54,338 nt of DNA from a virus, in the UHGV virus genome UHGV-1367341, one strand, 5' to 3'. The notes beneath the pieces are model-generated. The model was not told the origin of the DNA. It was given only the letters and a program-made list of their open reading frames with translations, and ran no database searches. Shown piece after piece: positions 42,164-50,282 of the stretch; position 1 is the first letter of the stretch, and each line of letters starts with the position of its first letter. The translations under genes were made by a program, and so were the position numbers.

Positions 42164-44985
42164 TGAAAGCAAGGCTTGTGAACTTAGGCGTATTCGCTAC
42201 GCTGCTTGATGTGTATTCGCGCTTCCCACAGGGGGGCGTGGAAGGCGACTATGTGATTGTCGACGGCAAGGAGCTCTTGTGGGATAAGCACCGCCTCCGA
42301 TGGGGCGACGCACCACGCAACGACGTAACGGAGCTGCGCCCTGATCCAAGCCCTTACCCAGGTATTCCAGGTGGCGGAGTGGGCTCTGCTGAGCTGGCGA
42401 GCCTTCGCACCGAGGTAGAGAAGCTGCGTGATCGTGTGGGTGAGCCTAATGGCATTGCTCCGCTCGACTCCGATGGACTGCTCCCTACTAAGCACCTGCC
42501 GCCCGAGGCTAATATCGAGCACAGAATACGCACTGAGCTCAACGACAGCATTAGCCCACTTACGGCACGTGTTCTACGTCTGCTCCAGGGCGACCCCTCT
42601 TTGCAGTGGCTCTTTGTAGAGTCAGCTACGAGTACACGACGTGTGGAGCATGTGGTCCGCTACTCGAATACATATAAGAAGCTATCCGTACCAGCTGGCG
42701 TCATTCGCCACCTCACCATGGGGATCGAAGGGGTGCGCCCCGACCGACCACTCTCCGACTACAAGACGTGGGACGTACCAGGGATTGAGGTGGATGTAGA
42801 TGATGCCGTACGCAACCTCTATGTGTATGCGCGATGCAGCAAGACCGACAACACGGGGACATTCGTCACCAGCGATGGCTTCAAGCCTATGGAAGGCGAG
42901 GAAGGCTACTACCACCTGCTTGTCGGTATGCTGAGCTCACTACCCAACAGGGTGTTCACACCTCTGTACGGGCTTGTGGAGATACCAGCGGCAGCTCTCC
43001 GCATCGACAAGCTCATCTCGCCTGACGGGGAGTTCGTCATCGACTTAGTACGTAAGGAGATCCGAGGGTATAAGGTATCCTTCACGGGGGGAGGTGCAAG
43101 CGGTGGTCCTGATGCCGACACCATACTCGAGGGCATCTTAGGGCAGGCTCGAAGCTACACCGACGACAAGACCAACGGACTCAAGGGCTACGTCGATACC
43201 AAGTCGGCAGGTGCTCGAAGCTACACTGACAGCAAATTCACGGAGGCGGGACGCTCCTTAGAGGATAAGGCCAATGCGGTAATCGCCAACCTCCAAGGCT
43301 ACGCAGACGGCAAGGCACAGGAAGGGAGAGAGTACACCGAGGCGCAGGTGCAGGCGTTGCGAGGTGAGCTCACGACAGGGCTCTCGGGAGTGACTGAAAT
43401 GAATGCGAAGATCGAGCGCATGCAGGAGCAGCTCGACGGGAAGGTATCTAATTGGTACTTCAATGGTGCGCCCTCCGCCACTACCCCACCGACGTCGCAG
43501 TGGACGACGGAGAAGGACAAGAAGGCTCACATCGGGGACACCTTCACCTCGCTGGATAAGTCCCCAAGCCCCAACGCAGGGAAGAGCTGGAGATACACAC
43601 CTTCCTATACATGGGAGGAGATCGTGGACAGCGACAGCCTGAAAGCGTTGCAGCTTGCCAAGGAAGCCAAGGCAGCAGCCGACGGCAAGACGACCACACA
43701 CCTAAAAAAGCCCACATCCTACCAGGTGGGGGACAGCTGGGTGATGACCGAAGACAACTCTATCGGAGGCGTGAACTATCCACGAGGGACTACACTCTTC
43801 GCGAAGGAGGCCTCTACGACATTCAATGCACTACACTGGGTGCGCTTGGACGACTACATATCATCGGTAGAAGCCAAGGGCTATGCCGACGGGAAGGCAG
43901 GCGAGGCACTGAATGGAGCAAAGCAATACGCTGACGCTGGGGACAAGACTACGTCCAAGCGTATTGACAGCCAGGCAGCGGCTACCCTTGTGGGGGCAAA
44001 GAACTATACCGACAGCAAGCACAACGAGGGGAAGGCATATACCGACGGGAAGGCGGGACAAGCCAAGAGCGAGGCGGTAGCCGAAGCCGAGAAGAAGGAC
44101 GGAGAGGTACGTAAGTATGCCGACGATGCAGCAACGAAGGCCACGGATAAGGCAAAGAGCTACACCGACGGGAAGCTCAAGGCTATCGAGGGCAATGCAC
44201 GACTGCTCGACTACCTACGAACGTCTATCACCGACGGGACGACCGACATCTATGGCGGGCTTGTCCTTACCAACTTTATTGCGGCACGTGATCCGAGGAC
44301 AAGGCAGGTGCGCAGCTTCTTCGCTGGATCTGCTAACACCTCTCTCCCTGCCTTTGCGGCTGGCGTTACGGGCTTCGGCACTACAGGCGAGAAGCGTGTG
44401 GTGGAGATCAACCACGACGGCACGGGCCATTGGGGCCAGATGGAAGTGATGGAAGGCGGCAAGGTATTGCGTATTGCCTCAATGCTATTCGGTGGAAAAC
44501 TCCCCGACACCTATACCCACGACTTCCGCACGCTTGAGTTCAACGACACACGTAACGAACGTTGCCGCGTCTACATCGGAGACGAAGGGGCACTCTTCTT
44601 CATGGGTATGTGGGGGGCAAGCCCTCGCTTCGTGCGTATCTCGAACAAGGCAAACAAGCCCATTGTGCAGATCCGTGGCGACATCGACATCCCTGGTCTT
44701 CTGCTCTCGGGCCGAGTAAATCCGAGAACGATGCGCCTTGAGTATGCGTGGGGAGCAAAGAAGGACTCCATGCGAGTAGAGCGTATTGGTCAAGGTATGT
44801 ACAAGATCCACCACACGCTGGGACACACACGCTACAATGTGATATGTAACGCATCGGGTAATGGTGGGCACAACGCCAGCTATGTAGAGCACTCGCCCAA
44901 TTACTTCACGATACGCACCAACCACGACAACGGGGTATATGATGACATTTGGTTCTCATTCATTGTCGTAGGAGACAACTATTAA
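42163..44985 (+). CDS. tail fibre protein
   Basis: GIAPLDSDGLLPTKHLP motif typical of phage fibre proteins. Tandem A(K/R)xYTDxK peptide repeats. 940 aa. Confidence 0.65.
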   Translation: MKARLVNLGVFATLLDVYSRFPQGGVEGDYVIVDGKELLWDKHRLRWGDAPRNDVTELRPDPSPYPGIPGGGVGSAELASLRTEVEKLRDRVGEPNGIAPLDSDGLLPTKHLPPEANIEHRIRTELNDSISPLTARVLRLLQGDPSLQWLFVESATSTRRVEHVVRYSNTYKKLSVPAGVIRHLTMGIEGVRPDRPLSDYKTWDVPGIEVDVDDAVRNLYVYARCSKTDNTGTFVTSDGFKPMEGEEGYYHLLVGMLSSLPNRVFTPLYGLVEIPAAALRIDKLISPDGEFVIDLVRKEIRGYKVSFTGGGASGGPDADTILEGILGQARSYTDDKTNGLKGYVDTKSAGARSYTDSKFTEAGRSLEDKANAVIANLQGYADGKAQEGREYTEAQVQALRGELTTGLSGVTEMNAKIERMQEQLDGKVSNWYFNGAPSATTPPTSQWTTEKDKKAHIGDTFTSLDKSPSPNAGKSWRYTPSYTWEEIVDSDSLKALQLAKEAKAAADGKTTTHLKKPTSYQVGDSWVMTEDNSIGGVNYPRGTTLFAKEASTTFNALHWVRLDDYISSVEAKGYADGKAGEALNGAKQYADAGDKTTSKRIDSQAAATLVGAKNYTDSKHNEGKAYTDGKAGQAKSEAVAEAEKKDGEVRKYADDAATKATDKAKSYTDGKLKAIEGNARLLDYLRTSITDGTTDIYGGLVLTNFIAARDPRTRQVRSFFAGSANTSLPAFAAGVTGFGTTGEKRVVEINHDGTGHWGQMEVMEGGKVLRIASMLFGGKLPDTYTHDFRTLEFNDTRNERCRVYIGDEGALFFMGMWGASPRFVRISNKANKPIVQIRGDIDIPGLLLSGRVNPRTMRLEYAWGAKKDSMRVERIGQGMYKIHHTLGHTRYNVICNASGNGGHNASYVEHSPNYFTIRTNHDNGVYDDIWFSFIVVGDNY

Positions 44986-45019
44986 CCAGCACCAACCTAA
45001 CCAACCAAAACCAAAGACT

Positions 45020-45589
45020 ATGAGTATTATCGACTTCTTCGACCCTGACGCCTTTTCTAAGACGGAGATCACGCACGCAGCGGTCATCGGTATCTTCTGC
45101 TATGCGAGCGTGACTATCGCCCGCTTCCTTGACCTTGCGTCCGCGCTTATGCGAGATAAACGCTTTGATGAAAAGCAGGCTCGCATCATCGTAAGCGAGG
45201 GTAAGCTGGAGGGAGACCCAAAGAAGCTCGCAAAGAAGTTCGGTAACGGAGCGTCAAGCAAGGGCTACGCTTCATTCGTTATCAGACTTGCGATATACTA
45301 CTTCTGCGTGGCTCTTGCAGGCATTGCCGATGGGATTCTGCTTATGTCTGATGCGTGGTCATACGCTCACCTGCACGAGCTCCCATACATATCAATGTTG
45401 GTGACGCTACTTATAGTACATACGGAGTTCACGAGTATTTGGGAGAATAGCCCCAAGAACGTGACACAGAGTATGGAGAAGAGTATGCGACGCTTCGTGA
45501 AGGGAGCTAAGGCGATACGCAACAAGGACGTCGAAGAGATCCGAGAGATCTTTGTCGAGAGAGTAAAGAGAGAAGAAGGAGAAGAGTAA
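45020..45589 (+). CDS. holin-like membrane protein
   Basis: Three predicted TM helices followed by a charged C-terminus. Immediately upstream of the endolysin. Confidence 0.4.
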   Translation: MSIIDFFDPDAFSKTEITHAAVIGIFCYASVTIARFLDLASALMRDKRFDEKQARIIVSEGKLEGDPKKLAKKFGNGASSKGYASFVIRLAIYYFCVALAGIADGILLMSDAWSYAHLHELPYISMLVTLLIVHTEFTSIWENSPKNVTQSMEKSMRRFVKGAKAIRNKDVEEIREIFVERVKREEGEE

Positions 45590-45602
45590 TACCAATACGA
45601 CT

Positions 45603-46064
45603 ATGAGCAAGTACTTTTCATTGTCCGAGATGACGCATAGCGACACCGCTATCCGTCTCGGCATACCCAATGATCCAAACAAAGATCAGATTATGTACCT
45701 CGAGCGGCTTATGGAGTATCTCGATGGGGTACGTGAGGAGTTTGCCAACCCTATTATCGTGCGCTCAGGTCTCCGAGTGCCTAAGCTCAACAAAGCCGTT
45801 GGCGGTGTTGCGGATAGTCAGCACGTGCTGGGGCAAGCTGCCGACATCGTACCACGCGACCACAAGCTGTTGAAGAAGCTACTCCATACCATTTGGGATC
45901 GCGGGGGCTTCGATCAGCTGATATGGGAGCACCCCGAGGGGCGCAGCGAGTGGATACACGTATCCATTGCAGGGAAAAACAAGACGCCACGAGGGCAGGT
46001 GCTGGAGTACGACGGGAAGAGATACACGACGATGAAGAAACCTATTAACCCCAATACACTATGA
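45603..46064 (+). CDS. peptidase M15 (L-Ala-D-Glu / D-Ala-D-Ala peptidase family) endolysin
   Basis: [30 protein letters not shown] (S-G-x-R ... GG ... S-x-H ... G-x-A-x-D) and EWIHVS zinc-ligand motifs. Confidence 0.8.
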   Translation: MSKYFSLSEMTHSDTAIRLGIPNDPNKDQIMYLERLMEYLDGVREEFANPIIVRSGLRVPKLNKAVGGVADSQHVLGQAADIVPRDHKLLKKLLHTIWDRGGFDQLIWEHPEGRSEWIHVSIAGKNKTPRGQVLEYDGKRYTTMKKPINPNTL

Positions 46065-47899
46065 GCATATTCGGACGAGCAGAAGCAGGAACGAAGGGGA
46101 CATTACAGCTTGTTCAGCGAGGTACGGACAAGCTCATCCCAGTGGAGTTCATCAAAGATCCATCGGGAGAGGTGCTTGACCCTGCCCTATTCGAGAACCT
46201 CATTGTGAGTGTGACCAACGAGCGGTCCGCACTCTGTGCCACACCACCAGTGAGCATAAGTGGTAACACGCTTATCGTCGAGATGACCGCAGATATTACG
46301 CGACGCCTTGACTTAGGCGTATGTGTGATGACGGCTAATGGGCGCATCCCCGACGAAGCGTATCACGACGGCTACCACGACTACGAGGTGGTGATCCCCA
46401 TCTGCAAGATAACGAAGTACGGGAGTAATGAGACTCCAGTAAAGGTAACAGCCAAGGTGCTGGAAGTCCTCCGTGGTCTGAGTGCCTATGAGATCCTTGT
46501 GAAGCATGGGTATACCAAGACGGAGGCGCAGTTCGCAGAGGAGTTAATCCCTAAGAATGGAGGAGGAGCAGGTACACCTGATACACCAGGAACTCCAGGC
46601 GCACCAGGAGAGAGAGGTTCAAAGGGCGACCCAGGTCCAAAGGGAGAGCAGGGGATACCAGGTCCTCAAGGTCCTCCAGGTCCTCCAGGACCAACTGGTC
46701 CAGCTGGCCCTCCAGGTCCTATTGGTCCTATTGGCCCTATTGGCCCAGCTGGACCAAGGGGTGAACGGGGTGAACGGGGTGAACGAGGCGAACAAGGCCC
46801 TGCTGGCTCTGCTGGGCCAAAGGGTGAAAAGGGCGACAGCGCCTATGCCATCTACCTCAAGACCACCAAGGATACCACCAAGCTAACCGAGGCGCAGTAT
46901 GCAGCAATCAATGCAACGACGACCCAATACCTCTATCGAATAAATAAAGGCACTGAAGCGCTTATGAACGAGCAAACGATGTCGGCAGATCAGCTCATGG
47001 AGCTTGACAGCCACCGACGTAACATAATCAACGCCCTACGAGACAAGGGCGCCCAGGTCTCCGACGACGACGGACTGGAAACACTGGAGGAGAAGATCGG
47101 AGCGCTAAGTATCTATGTGCCGATCATCTTCAAGTCGCAGCAGTTCATTGACTGGAAAGATACATCGCTCCCGACGATGCAACTCTCTGTGGCCTATCGA
47201 CCAGCTGATCTCAGCTATTGCTTTGCACGAAATCCATACTTGACAAAGCTGCCAGAGGTGCGAGGCATAGAAAATGCAGCTAACGTATCCAACCTTGCTA
47301 GTGGTTGCTCCGCTCTGACAAACGTCTCACTACCAGATCTCCTTGTAGCGCAGTATGTTACTAATGCCTTTAATGGATGCTACGCATTGGAGTCGGCGAC
47401 TATAGGCTCACTTCCCAAAGCCCTCTCGTTAGAAAGCTTATTCAATGGATGCGGTGTGCTAAATTCGGTAACGACAGGGAGCGCTCCAAAGGCGACCAAT
47501 GTAAAACTGATGTTCTACAATTGCTCATCGTTGAAGAGCGTATCTCTTGACCTCTCAGGAGGAGAGATAACAAATTCTGAGTACATGTTCTCGGGGTGCT
47601 CAAGGCTAACGTCCGTGACTGGCGTAATAGATCTCACAAGTACCATAAGTACTGGTACTATGTTTGCCTATTGCTCCGACCTCAAGGAGGTGCGCGTCAA
47701 GGGGCTCAAGGTAGACCTCGATCTCTCCGCCTGCGCTTCGCTCTCCGTGGAGAGCGTGAAGTACTTAGTCGATAACCTCCAGCAGGTGACGGGCAAGAGC
47801 ATCACGCTTGCGAGTGCTTGGCAGACGGCACACCCCACCGAGGCGCGAGCGTATGCACAGAAAGCCACCGCCAAGGGCTTCGCACTAACCTTCCGATAA
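46061..47899 (+). CDS. collagen-repeat fibre protein with C-terminal BspA-type leucine-rich-repeat domain
   Basis: About 89 residues of uninterrupted G-X-Y. C-terminal repeats of the form F.GC..L.S.....P.......[10 protein letters not shown] are typical of BspA/TpLRR-type LRRs. Confidence 0.75.
   Translation: MSIFGRAEAGTKGTLQLVQRGTDKLIPVEFIKDPSGEVLDPALFENLIVSVTNERSALCATPPVSISGNTLIVEMTADITRRLDLGVCVMTANGRIPDEAYHDGYHDYEVVIPICKITKYGSNETPVKVTAKVLEVLRGLSAYEILVKHGYTKTEAQFAEELIPKNGGGAGTPDTPGTPGAPGERGSKGDPGPKGEQGIPGPQGPPGPPGPTGPAGPPGPIGPIGPIGPAGPRGERGERGERGEQGPAGSAGPKGEKGDSAYAIYLKTTKDTTKLTEAQYAAINATTTQYLYRINKGTEALMNEQTMSADQLMELDSHRRNIINALRDKGAQVSDDDGLETLEEKIGALSIYVPIIFKSQQFIDWKDTSLPTMQLSVAYRPADLSYCFARNPYLTKLPEVRGIENAANVSNLASGCSALTNVSLPDLLVAQYVTNAFNGCYALESATIGSLPKALSLESLFNGCGVLNSVTTGSAPKATNVKLMFYNCSSLKSVSLDLSGGEITNSEYMFSGCSRLTSVTGVIDLTSTISTGTMFAYCSDLKEVRVKGLKVDLDLSACASLSVESVKYLVDNLQQVTGKSITLASAWQTAHPTEARAYAQKATAKGFALTFR
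46571..46837 (+). repeat. collagen-like (G-X-Y)n coding repeat, including GGTCCTATTGG x3 and GGTGAACGGGG x3
   Basis: Read directly: [11 protein letters not shown] and [11 protein letters not shown]. Confidence 0.85.
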
Positions 47900-47910
47900 C
47901 AGATATAACT

Positions 47911-48123
47911 ATGGAGATTGAACTTAAAGAGGTCGCTGGCTACCTGTACGTCAATGTCGAGCATAGCATCGTAGTTCGCTTCGGCTACTGCCCAAAGGAT
48001 GACGCCCATCTGTGGGTGCTCACGCCCGAGGAGGAAGCACTCGCCTTAGAGGCGCAGTGGAAGGCGGAGGACGAGGAGCGCAGACGTAAGGAAGAAGGAG
48101 CTCTCCATCCGAAGGAAGAGTAA
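47911..48123 (+). CDS. small hypothetical protein (70 aa)
   Basis: ATG at 47911 after the fibre gene. Acidic, Lys/Glu-rich tail. Confidence 0.35.
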   Translation: MEIELKEVAGYLYVNVEHSIVVRFGYCPKDDAHLWVLTPEEEALALEAQWKAEDEERRRKEEGALHPKEE

Positions 48124-48175
48124 CTAACAACGGGGGCGGGGTGCAGAGCCTCGCCCCTCCTCAATACATAGAGAT

Positions 48176-48619
48176 ATGAAGACAAATAGATTAGAGTGGT
48201 GGGAGACGCTCATCGTGATCGTTGCCGTGGCACTGATAGGCTATGCCCTCACATCCTGCTCCCCGAAGGTGCGTGTCGTACCCGTAGAGCGGACGAGGGT
48301 AGAGTGGAGAGACCGCCTGCGCTTGGATAGCATCTACGTACACGATAGCATCTACCTCACCGAGCGTATGGCAGGCGATACTATTTACAAGGTCAAAGAG
48401 GTGTACCGCTGGCGTGACCGCTGGAGAGTAGACACTATCAATACAGGGCGAGTAGATAGCGTGCGAGTGACCGAGGTCGTCGAAGTGCCAGCCAAGCTCA
48501 CAGCATGGCAGTCAATGCGCCTCAAAGCCTTTGCCCCCCTGCTCGCTATTGCACTCGCCCTCGGGGCGTGGGTGTCGAGGAAGTTGTGGCTACCATTGCT
48601 CCGAGGCTTAATTGGATAA
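48176..48619 (+). CDS. lipoprotein with C-terminal TM helix, unimolecular-spanin-like
   Basis: Signal peptide with lipobox-like LTSC. Arg/Trp-rich middle. C-terminal helix FAPLLAIALALGAWV. Confidence 0.35.
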   Translation: MKTNRLEWWETLIVIVAVALIGYALTSCSPKVRVVPVERTRVEWRDRLRLDSIYVHDSIYLTERMAGDTIYKVKEVYRWRDRWRVDTINTGRVDSVRVTEVVEVPAKLTAWQSMRLKAFAPLLAIALALGAWVSRKLWLPLLRGLIG

Positions 48620-49103
48620 GGATATGAAAGAGATCACACTGAATGTAAGCAAGGTGCTGGTGTACAATGAGGTCAAGAAGAGTGCCAGCTACCAGGCTGC
48701 AAAGCTCATAGACAAAGACCCTACAGCATACGACCGACTGCTCCCTACTGATAGTAGCCGTGAGCTCCTGGAGCGGTATTGGAGAGAGGCGGTGAATGCC
48801 CTGATCGGAGGGATGCGTGGGTATATCAAGGAGCACCCCACCCTGTCGGTGGGCCGTGCAGTAGAGCTGGGAGAGAACTTCGTAGTGAAGCTCAACGTGA
48901 GTACCCGCTTCGACGACGGAGCTATACCAGCAATAGAAGCTGGCATACACAGCTTCCTCACCATGGCCGTGCTGTCGGAGTGGTATCGGACGAGCTACCC
49001 CGAGGGTAGTGCGCCAGCCGCTGAGGAGGCGAGTACGCACCTCTCCGCTATGCTAAAGAAGCTGCACTACAAGCGTCCACCCGTTGCACCCACAAGAGCC
49101 TAA
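48612..49103 (+). CDS. paralog 1 of a triplicated structural-module family
   Basis: Shares N-terminal ITLNVSKVLVYNEV-type motif and C-terminal IHSFL...LSEWY motif with the next two genes. Confidence 0.45.
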   Translation: MDKDMKEITLNVSKVLVYNEVKKSASYQAAKLIDKDPTAYDRLLPTDSSRELLERYWREAVNALIGGMRGYIKEHPTLSVGRAVELGENFVVKLNVSTRFDDGAIPAIEAGIHSFLTMAVLSEWYRTSYPEGSAPAAEEASTHLSAMLKKLHYKRPPVAPTRA

Positions 49104-49109
49104 GCCAAT

Positions 49110-49610
49110 ATGCAGAACGTAACTATTAGTATCAAGCTCCCCGAGGTCTACTACCAGGTGGCCCTACAAGCGCACCTACTCGGGGAAGCCGACTTATCGC
49201 AAGACAAAGACGCACGGGCCGTATCCCTCTCCCAGCTCGACGTAGAGGGGGAGAGTCGTGAGGTCATCCTTCGTGCGGTCAAAGCGTCCGACGCAAGCCT
49301 GCGCCAACGTCTGCACCTCTATCTCACGGAGGAGAATACAGCGACGTCCGTAGACAATGTGCCAAAGGACGAAGATGCCCTCACCTTCTCTCTACGCCTC
49401 CCCGACAACTTCTTCCTGCCAGCAGTCAAGGATATGGAGGAGGCTATCCACCATTACCTGGTTCACACGTGTCTGTCGGAGTGGTACGCACTGATGAAGG
49501 ATGAAATGGCAAGCGCATACAGCAAGTTCGCACAAGCGGACCTCGACAAGATGAAGCAGGCGTCATCGCGACGCATACGCCCTACACGACCAGCTAACCC
49601 CTACGAATAA
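49110..49610 (+). CDS. paralog 2 (VTISIKLPEVYYQV ... IHHYLVHTCLSEWY)
   Basis: Same motif pair as 48612..49103. Confidence 0.45.
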   Translation: MQNVTISIKLPEVYYQVALQAHLLGEADLSQDKDARAVSLSQLDVEGESREVILRAVKASDASLRQRLHLYLTEENTATSVDNVPKDEDALTFSLRLPDNFFLPAVKDMEEAIHHYLVHTCLSEWYALMKDEMASAYSKFAQADLDKMKQASSRRIRPTRPANPYE

Positions 49611-50203
49611 TGGAGAGACGAACATACCTTCACGACCTTAATGCCCGTCTTATTACGGAGCGACTCGACGGAGATCACCAGCGGGCTACGCTCACCTTCT
49701 ATACAGATGAGCTCATATACGACATACGCAACATCGCTTATATCTATGGTGTGGCTAAGTCGGACAAGCAGCCCGACGTAGACAATCATCTTACCTTTGA
49801 TATTGGCGAAGAGGGGAATGTGGATCGTATCGCGCGTGTGCTGGACCTTTCGTTCAGTGAGATCCAGGAAGCACTCTACCCTTACACGCGTTCCCCGCTG
49901 CTGGAGGGTCTCAGCTGCGGGTGCGAGATACACCAGCGTGACGATATACTCGACACCGAGCGAGAGGAGTATACCCTCAATATGATTGTGCCTTCGCTCA
50001 TGTCGCGGCATACGCTCACCTATGCAGAGAACTGGATACACGAGTTCCTGGTGTGTCGCGCCTTTGCAGAGTGGCTGATGCTCATCGGGGATAGTAGCTT
50101 TAATGTGTGGCTCGAGAAGGCTGAGATAGCCAAGAAAGAGATCATGCGAGCTATGGCTCGACGTACAGGGAAGATCAGACGCAAGATGAGCCCATTCGTA
50201 TAG
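49610..50203 (+). CDS. paralog 3 (LTFYTDELIYDI ... IHEFLVCRAFAEWL)
   Basis: Same motif pair. Its stop TAA (49608..49610) overlaps the paralog 3 start ATG (49610..49612) by one nucleotide. Confidence 0.45.
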   Translation: MERRTYLHDLNARLITERLDGDHQRATLTFYTDELIYDIRNIAYIYGVAKSDKQPDVDNHLTFDIGEEGNVDRIARVLDLSFSEIQEALYPYTRSPLLEGLSCGCEIHQRDDILDTEREEYTLNMIVPSLMSRHTLTYAENWIHEFLVCRAFAEWLMLIGDSSFNVWLEKAEIAKKEIMRAMARRTGKIRRKMSPFV

Positions 50204-50222
50204 GGCTCGACACAAACAAAAA

Positions 50223-50263
50223 GCGGGGGCAGCTACCGAGGTATTCTCAGTAACTGCCCCCGC
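50223..50263. terminator. bidirectional terminator between convergent late (+) and leftward (-) transcription units
   Basis: Perfect 10-bp inverted repeat GCGGGGGCAG ... CTGCCCCCGC. On the minus strand it is followed by TTTTTGTTTGTG; on the plus strand by TTCATTT. Confidence 0.6.
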
Positions 50264-50282
50264 TTCATTTGCAGAGAGGTCT

